DNA of 64,000 nt, taken from positions 70,680,001-70,744,000 of the forward strand of contig NC_086382.1 in the NCBI RefSeq assembly GCF_036588685.1, given 5' to 3'. Both the position numbers and the translations under genes were made by a program. Position 1 is the stretch's first letter. Each line of letters begins with the position of its first letter. Below, piece after piece: positions 15,124 through 27,633 of this stretch. Below the pieces are notes generated by a model. The model was given only the letters and a program-made list of their open reading frames with translations. It ran no database searches and was not told the origin of the DNA. This DNA is from Mytilus trossulus. Taxonomy: Eukaryota.

Positions 15124-15305
15124 NNNNNNNNNNNNNNNNNNNNNNNNNNNNNNNNNNNNNNNNNNNNNNNNNNNNNNNNNNNNNNNNNNNNNNNNNNNNN
15201 NNNNNNNNNNNNNNNNNNNNNNNNNNNNNNNNNNNNNNNNNNNNNNNNNNNNNNNNNNNNNNNNNNNNNNNNNNNNNNNNNNNNNNNNNNNNNNNNNNNN
15301 NNNNN
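15124..15305. other. Assembly gap (N run)
   Basis: Run of N. Confidence 1.
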
Positions 15306-15564
15306 TATCTAAAAATACTGAGTAAGAGATAGTTTACTTGATCATGTTGATTGCTATTACCAATAACGAGTGGTTGGAACTAATGATTACAGCTATAATA
15401 CACAATTTTTGTTATTATAACTCTGCGACTGGATATATTGTTCTAAAATTATGATGTTTGTGTAAAACATGGATTATGCATTAATTAGTTACTAAGAAAA
15501 GGTAATTTTATCAAACTCAGACAATATAATTTCATCAAACTCCATAGCTCATGAAAAGGATATT

Positions 15565-17312
15565 TTATCTCAAAGATATATTAAATTTTTCCAAGTAAGT
15601 GCCATAGGAATTACTTATAAAACCTGAAGACTTGTTACGTTTAAAGCAAATTAACAAACGTTCGTGCAGCAGTTCATCCTGTCCACCGATCAGTACTTTA
15701 CCATCCCGTCCACTATTCAGTACTTTACCATCCTGTCCATCTTTTGGTACTACTATTATACGATCCTTGTCTGTTACAATAATGTTACCATAAGTATCTG
15801 AACAGAGTCCCCATGGTCCTGATAAATCATGTGTGTATTGCCAGATCAGTTCACCTGATTCATCCACACAGTTTACTGTTTTACCATGAAAGTCACTATA
15901 GATTACTCTGTTTTTACTGTAAACAAGACTACAAAGGTCTTGTTGGTTTCCATAAACTTTTAAAACTTCTGGACATTTTCCTTCAAGTCTATAATTAAAA
16001 TGTGAAAACGACCGTATCCTACTGCCAGAGAATTATTTGAGAACGATAATCCCATGAAATAATCGGGTGAATTTTCTAACGTGTTTAAATGGATAACTTT
16101 GATAAGTGTTTCTTTCTCCATGTTGAGAATCCTAATGAGGGTCATTTCAGGATATAGTACAGCAATAGTATTGTAATTGATCTGTGTAACACTGTATGAT
16201 TTAGGTATTGCAAAATGTTTCTGTACTTCAATTTCAATCTGTTTCTGAAAGATGCCATTAGATGTAAATAGGTTAAGTTTACCAAGCCATTCAACTACTA
16301 TAACTCTTCCGCCCATCAGACAAATTATGTCACTAATCTTCTTATTTGTGTTGATCTCTATCTTTGTCTCAATATTCATGGTCATGTTGTTTATGTTGGA
16401 TTGTTCACGTGATTTTACTTGTGGGTCCGTCCTTCCACTTGTGTCTCTTTTTAGGGTTATTTCAGTTTCATCAACCATTACCTCTCCTAATGATTCTTAT
16501 TGCTCCAATTTGCTCAGCACCTTTTCTAGTTCATCATTTTGCTTCATCTTGATGTTAAATAGGTTGGTCCTGTCGTCATATTCTAGATCATCAACATATC
16601 GTTGACATTGATGTACTTGTTGTTCAATCTGATGTACGCCCAGAAATGATTGTAGTTTTGGAGTATGTATTACAACTGCATGTAAATGCTTGCTCATTTC
16701 TTTCAAGTTTTTCCTTTTCTCTTTTATTTCAGAAATAAAATCTATGGCTGCTAATTTTTCCTGATTCCAGATTCTGTCTATTTCTTGGCATAGTTTCTCC
16801 TCCAGCTTATCCAATTGTTTGTTAATTGTCTGCCTAATTTTGATCATTGATTTCTTTATGCCCTCACACTTTTGTTCTCCTGTTTGTATGTTGGTTGTTT
16901 TGTTATTTATCATTTGATTCAAGAGATCTAAGATGGAGTTGATATCTTCCTCTACGGATTCTTTGGATTTTTCAATCTTAGTATTCTCAATAATGTTAGC
17001 TAAACTTTTTATCCCAGTACAATTTGAATGATTAACAGAAATACATTCATCACAGCAAGGCATTAAATGACTGGGGCAGTATAAGTTAAGTTGTTGACCA
17101 TGTTTGTCACATTCTGTTTTGATAGTTTTGGTAGATGGTTTATAACTTGTGATACTGATTGTCTTATGATTGAGTGTTCCTTTAAATCTTTTGTGATGAC
17201 CAGAACATGTTGAGCATAGTCCTTCATCACAGTTGTAACACCAGATGTCAGCTTCAGTGTTATTATTTCCTATTTGACAAGGTCCACATAGTACCGGTTT
17301 GCTGGTTGCCAT
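15565..17312 (-). pseudogene. Intronless B-box x2 / coiled-coil / NHL-like beta-propeller (TRIM-like, no RING), disrupted
   Basis: ATG at 17312 (MATSKPVLCGPC...CYNCDEGLCSTCSGHH; CDKH...YCPSHLMPCCDECISVNHSNC), then a coiled coil and propeller motifs (GPWGLCSDTYGNIIVTD). In-frame TAA at 16497-16499 (LEQ*ESLGEVMV) and a frameshift near 15960. Confidence 0.85.
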
Positions 17313-17520
17313 GACCTTTACATAATATGAAGAACATATATAGTAATCAAATTTATTCAGTAACCTTAACATATACAATACATTTATAAATTAGCTTAAT
17401 GAATGAAGTTTGAATGCTTGAGGTTAACTGGATGATATGTCCTATACAATTTGTATATACTAAGTAAATCTTTGTATGTTCTTTCCAACCGGGCCTGAAT
17501 TAGTGGTTATATACTTTATA

Positions 17521-18956
17521 CGCTGTCTTATGTTTGCCGATGATTTACTTTTATTGTCTGAAAGTGCAGAGGGTTTACAGAAGTCATTAGAGAAATTAAG
17601 CAACTATTGTAAAAAATGGCAGTTGTCAATTAACATAAATAAAACTAAAGTGATAGTATTTCATAAAAAAACATACCATACACTAAAGCAGAGTTTACTT
17701 TGGATGGTTATAAATTAGAAAAAGTATTAAAATATAAATATCTAGGTAATATTATAGAGGCTTCTGGTAAATTCCATACATCACATATGGAACTATCAAA
17801 AAAAGGCACAAAAGTTCTATTCAGTTTGTTTAAATATATGAATAATATAGAAAATATACCTATAAATATACATAAAAAACTATTTGAATCTTTAATAAAA
17901 CCAATTTTAATGTATAACTCAGAAATTTGGTATATGGACTACTATGAAAAAGTACTAAGGTCTCAGAGTAGAGCAGTAAATAATGATAAAGATTTTGATT
18001 TACTTACGTCAATTGATAATAGCTTTATTGAAAAGGTGAATTTAAAATTTTGCAAAATAATTCTAGGTTTAAGTAAAAAAGCAGTTAACATTGCATCAAG
18101 GGCAGAGTTAGGACAATATCCAATAAAGGTTCAAGCACTAAAATATATGGCAAGAGTATCTAACACAGAAATTAATCCGTTGTTATATGATGCATACTGC
18201 ACAACTAAACTGTTGGATGAATCAGGAACCTATTCTTGGTATACTTTTGTAAAAAATATAATTCATGAAAATAATTTAAATATATCTGATATACAAAATA
18301 TTGACTTCATAAAAGAAAAATATAAAATGAATAAACACATGAAAGATATTATGCAAGAAAACTACAAAAAGCTGTTCTTTAAAAAATTAAATTCTTTAAC
18401 AGAAAATAATAAATTATTTATCTATAGTAAAATCAAAAAGAAATATGAAACTGAGCCTTATTTACTTAAAGAGAATAACTTTGAAATAAGGAAAAAATTT
18501 ACTAAATTAAGGGTAAGTGACCATATTTTGGAAATTGAAAGGGGTAGATACAAAAATATAAAAAGGGAAGAACGTTTATGTCAACATTGTTGTCAAAATA
18601 AAATAGATGATGAAGAACATTTTTTATTTACATGTATTAAAAATAAAGATTTGAGACTTGAATTTTTACAGAAAGTTAGAAATACCTATTCTGATATAGA
18701 TAATATGGATAATGTGGATAAATTGGTTTTATGTCTTTCGTGTCCGTCAATTATGCAGTATACGGCCCCATTTGTTAAAAAGTCATGGTCACTGAGGAGA
18801 GTGGACTCAACAACTGCATGATAGATACTTAATGTATATAATGTTTGTTCTTTTGTTGTTATTTTTGTATGATGTATTGTGTTCATTTATATATATGCCT
18901 TCAACCCCATTGGGGTATAACTGTGCATTTATTCAATAAACTTTATAAACTTTATA
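17521..18956 (+). mobile_element. 5'-truncated LINE with partial RT, C-terminal Cys/His domain and 3' tail
   Basis: CLMFADDLLLLS RT motif, KYKYLG, frameshift near 17670-17700, ERLCQHC...DDEEHFLFTC, AATAAA at 18935 and a (TAAACTTTA)2 tail. Confidence 0.9.
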
Positions 18957-19707
18957 TATATAAAGCAAGCTAAATGAGTTATCTCTCTTTGTATACTATA
19001 TACATCTATTCATTTATTTGGAGTGGTTTTTTCAATTTAATATTGCGATATGTAAATGAATGTGAACATGTTCTTTTTATTTAAAGTCATCAATAGTATT
19101 GACAAATTAATTCTGTGTCAGAAACAAATGCTGGATTAAATATTTGATCATAATCCAAATTCAGTCCGTCTGAGAGCTGCATCAAGCCTGAATGTAGTGT
19201 CATTGAATAATAATAATTAAAAAAACCAACTAAAACATGGAGGCAAATAAAATCCCTTTACATTATAATATAAATAGATACTAAGTCTGATTGTATATTA
19301 ATGACCAATATGTATATATCTATAAACCTCTTAATTCAGACATAAGTCATTTCATCTCAGTTTTTCAACAATGGCAGATTTAACAGATAGTAAATAAAGA
19401 CATGTTTATGCCTGAATCGGGTGATCAGTTTGCATTTTAAATGACGATTATTATACTAATATATAACATGCGAGAGCTTTAAAGTCGTCAGTCAATGTCT
19501 TTAATCCCCTCCCCTGTAGTGGAAGTCAGTATTAGTTTAATGATATTTTGATCAACAATATTTTATTATTGAAGACCCTATTATGGCTTCTTGTGGATTT
19601 TTTTCTAATGTACCACATCTCTTTATATTGGTTATCTTCCTAATAATAAGGAAATAATATATTGGGTATAAATAAATGACACGAAATCAAAACTCGATCA
19701 AGAAAAC

Positions 19708-21167
19708 ACAAAATACACCTGATACAATGGAACAGTGTGTTATTGCTATTCTTCAGAACAAAATACACCTGATACAATGGAACAGTGTGTTATTGCTTTT
19801 CTTCAGCACAAAATACACCTGATACAATGGAACAGTGTGTTATTGCTATTCTTCAGCACAAAATACACCTGATACAATGGAACAGTGTGTTATTGCTATT
19901 CTTCAGCATAAAATACACCTGATACAATGGAACAGTGTGTTATTGCTATTCTTCAGAACAAAATACACCTGATACAATGGAACAGTGTTTTATTGCTATT
20001 CTTCAGAACAAAATACACCTGATACAATGGAACAGTGTTTTATTGCCATTCTTCAGAACAAAATACACCTGATACAATGGAACAGTGTGTTATTGCTATT
20101 CTTCAGAACAAAATACACCTGATACAATGGAACAGTGTGTTATTGCTATTCTTCAGCACAAAATACACCTGATACAATGGAACAGTGTGTTATTGCTATT
20201 CTTCAGCACAAAATTCTTCAGAACAAAATACACCTGATACAATGGAACAGTGTGTTATTGCTATACTTCAGAACAAAATACACCTGATACAATGGAACAG
20301 TGTGTTATTGCTATTCTTCAGCACAAAATACACCTGATACAATTGAACAGTGTGTTATTGCTATTCTTCAGAACAAAATACACCTGATACAATGGAACAG
20401 TGTGTTATTGCTATTCTTCAGAACAAAATACACCTGATACAATGGAACAGTGTGTTATTGCTATTCTTCAGCACAAAATACACCTGATACAATGGAACAG
20501 TGTTTTATTGCTATTCTTCAGCACAAAATACACCTGATACAATGGAACAGTGTTTTATTGCTATTTTTCAGCACAAAATACACCTGATACAATGGAACAG
20601 TGTGTTATTGCTATCTTTCAGCACAAAACACACCTGATACAATGGAACAGTGTGTTATTGCTATTCTTCAGCACAAAATACACCTGATACAATGGAACAG
20701 TGTGTTATTGTTATTCTTCAGCACAAAATTCTTCAGAACAAAATACACCTGATACAATGGAACAGTGTGTTATTGCTATTCTTCAGAACAAAATACACCT
20801 GATACAATGGAACAGTGTGTTATTGCTATTCTTCAGCACAAAATACACCTGATACAATGGAACAGTGTTTTATTGCTATTCTTCAGAACAAAATACACCT
20901 GATACAATGGAACAGTGTGTTATTGCTATTCTTCAGCACAAAATACACCTGATACAATGGAACAGTGTTTTATTGCTATTTTTCAGCACAAAATACACCT
21001 GATACAATGGAACAGTGTGTTATTGCTATTTTTCAGCACAAAACACACCTGATACAATGGAACAGTGTGTTCTTGCTATTCTTCAGCACAAAATACACCT
21101 GATACAATGGAACAGTGTGTTATTGCTATTCTTCAGAACAAAATACACCTGATACAATGGAACAGTG
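19708..21167. repeat. 50-bp tandem satellite, ~29 copies
   Basis: Unit AAATACACCTGATACAATGGAACAGTGTGTTATTGCTATTCTTCAG(A/C)ACA, with two 15-bp insertions. Confidence 0.97.
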
Positions 21168-21756
21168 AGAAAAATTCAAGGTGAGATCTTCAATGCAAAG
21201 CAAAAAAACTCTCACATCAATCAAGTTTGAGATGGCCCCTTAGCTGAAAAATAGAATTCAAATTGTTTAGTTTTGCCTACGTGAAACTACCCCCCCCCCC
21301 CCCCCACCACCAAAAAAAAAAATCATTTCAATAATTGTTTAAAGATGTTTTTCTTGCTCTAACGTTGTTTCCTTGTTTAAAACATGTAACTTATGTAAAA
21401 TGAAATCTCTACCTAGCTACCCAAACCCACAACCATGGACATGCCACATCAAACACAGATTTCTTTTACGGGTGGCCTAACTTCAATCACACCACAAATG
21501 TATTTTGAAGACAAAAGTTTTGAAGTGAAATATAGATCTATAAATTGTGTCTGGCAAAGCAATTTTATATACACTTTGAATGCTGTCATACACATCCCCA
21601 ATCACATTAAACTTTGCAAACTAATATTATAATATGAGTTTAATATTGCCCTTGAATGATTATTTTAACCCTTTTCTTTAAATAAAAAAGGGATATGCAT
21701 ATGTTATTACTGAAATTAGAAAAAGAACTATCAAAAGAGACTAATTTAAACATTAA

Positions 21757-22260
21757 CATACACCAAACATTTTGATAGCTTAGTCTGGTTAGTCATAAGT
21801 TATGGTGAAGCCATATGGGGCACCAGAGAATTTTCTTGTATTAATGCTGTCCAGAACAGAACTATCCATTTTGGGAGAGTTCCGTTTGCGCCAAAAATGC
21901 GTCCTTTTGCGCCACAACTTTTTCTCTCAAATGCTACGTTTGCGCCACATTTAAATTACATTGTAATTGGCGCAAAAGGACTGCTGCCCCTTTTTTATGG
22001 GTCTTTTTATATACACCTAGTGATGCCATTAATGGAGATATAGATTGGAAAACTCCATGTACGAAGCAGTGGGGTTGTGGGTTTAGACATTGGGCTAAAT
22101 GTAATGTTCTGTCACCAAACAGGGTGAATTGTATAGTATTTCAAAGGACATTTAGAAATGCCATTGATAAAAAGAAAAACTGGTGTTATATAATTATGAC
22201 AAAATTTAGACAATGCAATGTATATTTATACACTAATTTAGATAATGTGTTGCATAAAAA
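21757..22260 (+). mobile_element. Decayed LINE ORF2 fragment interrupted by a ~117-bp MITE (21873-21989)
   Basis: Translates YTKHFDSLVWLVISYGEAIWGTREFSCINAVQNR...FMG...DAINGDIDW. The insert has GGG...CCC ends and internal TTTGCGCCA/TGGCGCAAA motifs. Confidence 0.65.
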
Positions 22261-22279
22261 TGTTATTACATAGTCTACT

Positions 22280-22500
22280 TTTTGTGCTGACATGAATTGT
22301 CATTGATATGGTTATACATGTATTTATATAAATTTACTGTTTACAAATTTTTATTTTTTTTGAAATACTAAGGCTTTTCTACCTCAGGCATAGATTACCT
22401 TAGCTGTATAAGCCAAAACTTTTAGGAATTTTGGTCCTCAATGCTCTTCAATTTCGTAATTTATTTAACCTTTTTAACTTTTTTGGATTCGAGCGTCACT
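22280..22500 (+). mobile_element. Retrozyme-like repeat fragment, truncated at the start of the hammerhead core
   Basis: Colinear with 60305-60514 and ends at GAGCGTCACT. Confidence 0.65.
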
Positions 22501-23530
22501 AAAAATAGTTACTGTCCTTTGAAATTGAAGAAACTACCTACCTATTTGTTCTTTGACCGGATTAGAATGAGTATTTCCCAAATGGACACCAAATAACAGA
22601 TATTACTTAGTCCTTTTATACACCATTTATTTATTCATATTTTTGCTTTTTTACTTTTAGGGTTGGGGATGTGGGTGTCAAAAGAAAGTCAGTTTTTACA
22701 TCTTAATTGCAGAGACAGTGTTATAAAGAATGGCGTGAAGATGGCCTAGGCATTTCGGTGATGGCAAACAAAAATATATCATGATGAAGTAATGATATAC
22801 AATTATAAACATGACTCTATTATTGTTTCTTTCAAACCGTCATACATTTATCATGGCTCTAAAGACCAGATTACATAGGTTGGGCTTTTTGGTTCTGTTA
22901 TACGTCGGCTATCCTCTGTTTTCTCGTTGGGATAAATTGGTGTATGACTCAGCAAACAGTGAATAGATTTATAAAGGGACTTGCCAGCAAATTGGAGTCT
23001 AGGTGGAATAGATGCTGGTGGCAGTTTTGGTAGAGGTCTAGTCACCGGAATGGGTCCAATGACAACGCGTTGAAACATAGTTCAATTAACTATAAGGTAA
23101 TTCATAATAATCGTTATATGATCTTTTATTTGATTTACATATATTTGATAATGGTCTTATTATGTAATTATCATTGCTTACATAACCAAGACTTTTAACA
23201 TCCATTTCAAAGATAATACAGAAATATAGAGTATACTCTTTAAATTTATTTTCTTATATTATATTAAATACAGTTTATTGTGTCACGGCAGAACTAATCT
23301 CCAAGCACAAAACATAATATAATTACACATCATTTTTAGTTACTCTCATAAAAACATAATCTTTGATATGCATACCTTTGAAATTCATTGATAACACATT
23401 TCAAATATGGTTTTCATACTTCATTGATTTTATAAGTAAATCATCAATTATGATCAAAAGCATGTGTACATTGCATGTATTATTTCTCAAATTGTTTATG
23501 GCAGAGGCAACACATGCATAATTGTTGATT

Positions 23531-23851
23531 TTATTTACAATCAAATCCATACAAAGTACATCCCTGATGTCTTACAGCATGGATGACGTCACTAGCTGTA
23601 ACAGTTTTCCTCTTCGCATGGTCCGTGTAAACGATGGCGTCATGTAGAACATGTTGTAAATATACACGCAAAACACCTCTTATTTCCGCGTAAACCAAGC
23701 CAGATATTCTTTTCACACCCCCTCTTCGGGCTAGACGTCTAATTGATGGTTTACTTGGTAACCAGCATGTGCATCGCTTCCTATGACGTTTATTACCCCC
23801 TAATCCTTTACCAGAATGATTTCTCCTATTAGAATCGTTGTCTGCTTCCAT
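23531..23851 (-). CDS. Divergent histone H4-like protein (106 aa)
   Basis: [38 protein letters not shown] and TLYGF. About 50/73 identities to canonical H4 over residues 30-102. Intact intronless ORF, TATA-like element near 23965 and AATAAA near 23275 on the minus strand. Confidence 0.85.
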   Translation of the reverse strand: MEADNDSNRRNHSGKGLGGNKRHRKRCTCWLPSKPSIRRLARRGGVKRISGLVYAEIRGVLRVYLQHVLHDAIVYTDHAKRKTVTASDVIHAVRHQGCTLYGFDCK

Positions 23852-23992
23852 CTCAGAAGATCTCAGAATAAATCCATGTCAAAATAAGTTGCTAAAATTA
23901 ATTAAAGTTCCTGGTTTCAATTTGTGATAACATTCAACTTATACATTGCGTTTAAATTTAGATTTTTATAATAAGGACATTTAACAAAATGT

Positions 23993-24237
23993 CAAAAACA
24001 TTTTAGCTACGAAACGTCATTAAACAATAATTAAAAATTTTATGCATCAAACTAACAACTTTGATGTTACAGTTTTCAATAAAGTGTGTATAATTCCAAA
24101 ATAAATAACAACAAAAACATTTTAGCTACGAAACGTCATTAAACAATAATTAAAAATTTTATGCATCAAACTAACAACTTTGATGTCACAGTTTTCAATA
24201 GAGCGTGTATAATTCCAAAATAAATAACAACAAAAAC
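23993..24237. repeat. 119-bp tandem duplication upstream of the H4-like gene
   Basis: TTTTAGCTACGAAACGTC... begins at 24001 and again at 24120, nearly identical. Confidence 0.95.
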
Positions 24238-24642
24238 GGTCATTTTGTATGAATTACAGAAATCTAAAACACAATAAATAAATGCCTGTTAATTAAGTTT
24301 CATGTAATTTGTCAAAAAGGATAAAATGTAGATACACCTGACCAAAAACTCAATATCCTACATAGAAAAAAATATATATAAAAGGGTCAGTAAAATCGAG
24401 TTTATTCTTCAAATACCACGCTATGAAAAAGTGTGTATGTCAATATATTTTTTTCTCCTCGTTGAAATAAAGGAATTAGGAAAGACAGTGTCCTGGCATT
24501 TCTCCAAATGGCATGTCATTGAGCTACATCTGAGAACATTACAAAAAGTATTTCAATATAATTATGTTCAACAGATTTGCCAGTAAGTTTTAAAGTGGTG
24601 TCCATAAAAAAAGTCCACTTCGGAGCGACAACAAATAAATGG

Positions 24643-25130
24643 AACAAGAATGTGTCCAAAGTACACGGATGCCCCACTCGCACTATCCTTTTGCATGTTC
24701 CATGGACCGTGAAATTGGGAAATAATCTAGTTAGGCATTAAAATTAGAAAGATTATACTTTAGGGAACATATGTACTAAGTTTCAAGTTGGTTGGACTTC
24801 AAATTCATCAAAAACTACCTTGACCAAAAACTTTAACCTGAAACTTCCACTTTCATTTTCTATGTTCAGTGAAACGTGAAAAAAAAACAAAAGACAAAAG
24901 TCTAATTTGGCTTTAAAATTAGAAAGATCATATCATAAGCAACAAGTGTACTAAGTTTCAAGTTGATCGAACTTTAGCTTCATCAAAAACTACCTTGACC
25001 AAAAACTTTAACCTGAACGAACGGACGCACAGACGAACGGACGCACTGACGAACGGACGCACAGACGAACGAACGGAGCCACAGACCAGAAAACATAATG
25101 CCCCTCTACTATCGTAGGTGGGGCATAAAC
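24643..25130. mobile_element. HINE/Helentron-like element (truncated copy at 55681-55893)
   Basis: AACAAGAATGTGTCC start, two core repeats (TACTAAGTTTCAAGTTG), an ACGG/ACAG microsatellite and a 3' hairpin ATGCCCC...GGGGCAT. Confidence 0.8.
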
Positions 25131-25289
25131 ATTTAAATCATTCTCTTATTGAACTTACAGTCTTCAATTTTACGTGTCATTAGAACAGATTATTCTAACA
25201 AATACTAAATGAATGCTCTTCTGCGTATCAAATAAACCTGTGTCTTATACTGCAGTTGCAAGCAAAATAAACTCTTCAGTGTTTAGTAT

Positions 25290-27140
25290 TATTTCTATTG
25301 TCTATTACGTATTTATCCCATATCGATATCATCGTTACTTTTCATTGTTTTTATCTATGTTTCCCTCATTGATACCCTCCCCCTGATTTTTCATTGTCTC
25401 ATAATATTTTCCCCATATTGATAACCAGTGACTTTTCATTGTCTATTATGTATTTATCCCATATTGATATCCTGGTGACTTTTCATTGTCTATGGCGAAT
25501 TTTCCCCATATTGATACCCCCCTGACTTATTATTGTCTATAACGTATTTAACCCATATTGATACCCTCGTGACTTTTCATGGTCTATAGCGTATTTTCCC
25601 CGGAGAGATACCATCGTGACTTTTCATTGTCTATTTCTTATTTATCCCATATTGATACCCTCGTGACTTTTCATTGTCTATTACGTTTTTTCCCCATGGT
25701 GATACCATCGTGACTTTATATTGTCGATTACGTATTTATCGCATATTGATACCCCGTGACTTTTCATTGTCTATTACGTATTTTCCCCATATTGATACCC
25801 CGTGAATTTTCATTGTCTATTACATATTTCTCCCTATTGATACCTCCTAACTTGTCATTGTCTATTACGTACATATCGCGTATTAATACCCCGTAATTTT
25901 TCATTGTTTATTACGTATTTTCCCCATATTGATACCCCGTAACTTTTCATTGTTTATTACGTATTTCCCCCATATTGATACCCCGTGACATTTTATAGTC
26001 TATTACGTATTTTCCCCATATTGACACCCCCATGACTTTTTATTGTCTATTACGTTTTTTCCTCATATTGATACCCCCGAGACTTTTTATTGTCTATTAC
26101 GTATTTTCCCCATATTGATATTCCGTGACTTTTTATTGTCTATTACGTATTTTCCTCATATTGATACCCCCGTGACTTTTCATGGCTACCTTAAATGAAA
26201 TTCCGTTCCGTTCCGTTCCGTTCCGTAAAGTACCAATAGCCCTTTTCATTGTTTATTACGTATTTCCCCATAGTGATACCACCGTGACTTTTTATTGTCT
26301 ATTACGTATTTTCCCCATATCGATACCCCGTGACTTTTTATTGTCTATTACGTATTTTCCCCATATTGATACCCCGTGACTTTTTATTGTCTATTACGTA
26401 TTTTCCTCATATTGATACCCTCGTGACTTTTCATTGTCTATTACGTATTTTCCCCATATCGATACCACGTGACTTTTCATTGTCTATCACGTATTTTCCC
26501 CATATTGATACCCCGTAACTTTTCATTGTTTATTACGTATTTTCCTCATATTGATACCCCTGGACTTTTCATTGTCTATTACGTATTTTCCCCATATTGA
26601 TACCCCCAAGACTTTTCATTGTCTATTACATATTTTCCCCATATTGATACCCCGTGACTTTTTATTGTCTATTACGTATTTTCCCCATATTGATACCCCG
26701 TGACTTTTCATTGTCTTTTACGTATTTCCCCCATATTGATACCCCGTGACTTTTCATTGTCTATTACGTGTTTCCCCCCTATTGATACTCCCATGACTTT
26801 TTATTGTCTATTACGTATTTTCCTCACGTTGATACCCCGTGACTTTTCATTGTCTATTACGTATTTTCCCCATATTGATACCCCCGTGACTTTTCATTTG
26901 TTTATTACGTATTTCCCCCATATTGATACCCCGTGATTTTTCATTGTCTATTACGTATATTCCTCACATTGATACACCCGTGATTTTATTGTCTTTTTTT
27001 ATTAATTTATTCCACATTGATACCAAAGTGATTCTCCATTGTCTCTTATGTATCAATATTATGTATTTTTCGTACATTTATACCACCGCGACTTTTCATT
27101 CTTTATATTTTTTTACCCTTATTGATCTACCGTGACTTTA
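25290..27140. repeat. ~46-47-bp minisatellite with degenerate edges
   Basis: Unit GTGACTTTTCATTGTCTATTACGTATTTTCCCCATATTGATACCCC(C). Confidence 0.95.
26184..26241. mobile_element. 58-bp mini-MITE with 8-bp TSD inside the minisatellite
   Basis: CTTTTCAT|GGCTA...(TTCCG)5...TAGCC|CTTTTCAT. Confidence 0.8.
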
Positions 27141-27149
27141 CATATTCAC

Positions 27150-27375
27150 CAGATTTGTTATAACATATGCATCACGACAGGTGCCACATGTGGAGCAGGA
27201 TCTGCATACCCTTCCGGAGCACATGAGATTACCCCCAGTTTTTTGCTTATTTTTTTTCTTTTATATGTTGTGTCATGTGTACTATTGTTTGTCTGTTCGT
27301 CTTTTTCATTTTAGCCATTCAGTTCATTGATGATTTATGAGTTCGACTGTCCTGGTATCTTTCTTCCCTCTTTTA
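27150..27375. mobile_element. SINE-like dispersed repeat (pieces at 34437-34495, and inverted at 58980-59073 and 63030-63132)
   Basis: Shared CACGAC(A/G)GGTGCCACAT(G/A)TGGAG head and GATTTATGAGTT...GGTATCTTTC.TCCCTCTT tail. Confidence 0.7.
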
Positions 27376-27633
27376 TTGTATCCTACTTAAGTACCACCTT
27401 TTATGTAATTTGTTATCGTACATTAGATGCCCAATAAATCTTAGAATCGTTTATAAATACAGGATACAACGCAGTTCACGAAGGTCAAAGATGATCAGAG
27501 ATAACTGAAAGATAAGTTTGTTGTTTCCGTAACAATACCTCTTTCGATAGGTTTCCTCCAAGGAAATTATTTGAAAGGAAGCTCAGTAGTATGTATTCAA
27601 TATCATTTTAAAACAATTAACTTGTCCGCCAAA

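Noticed and set aside
15105-15332. 75-aa ORF
   Set aside because: It spans the N gap.
16497-16499. Selenocysteine or programmed readthrough in the TRIM-like gene
   Set aside because: The codon is TAA, and a separate frameshift lies downstream.
19708-21167. CRISPR array or tandem hammerhead
   Set aside because: Units are contiguous with no unique spacers and no cas genes. CTGATAC...GGAAC does not match the CTGANGA/GAAA core.
26182-27135. Repetitive ORFs (ITYFPHIDTP)
   Set aside because: They are translations of the minisatellite.
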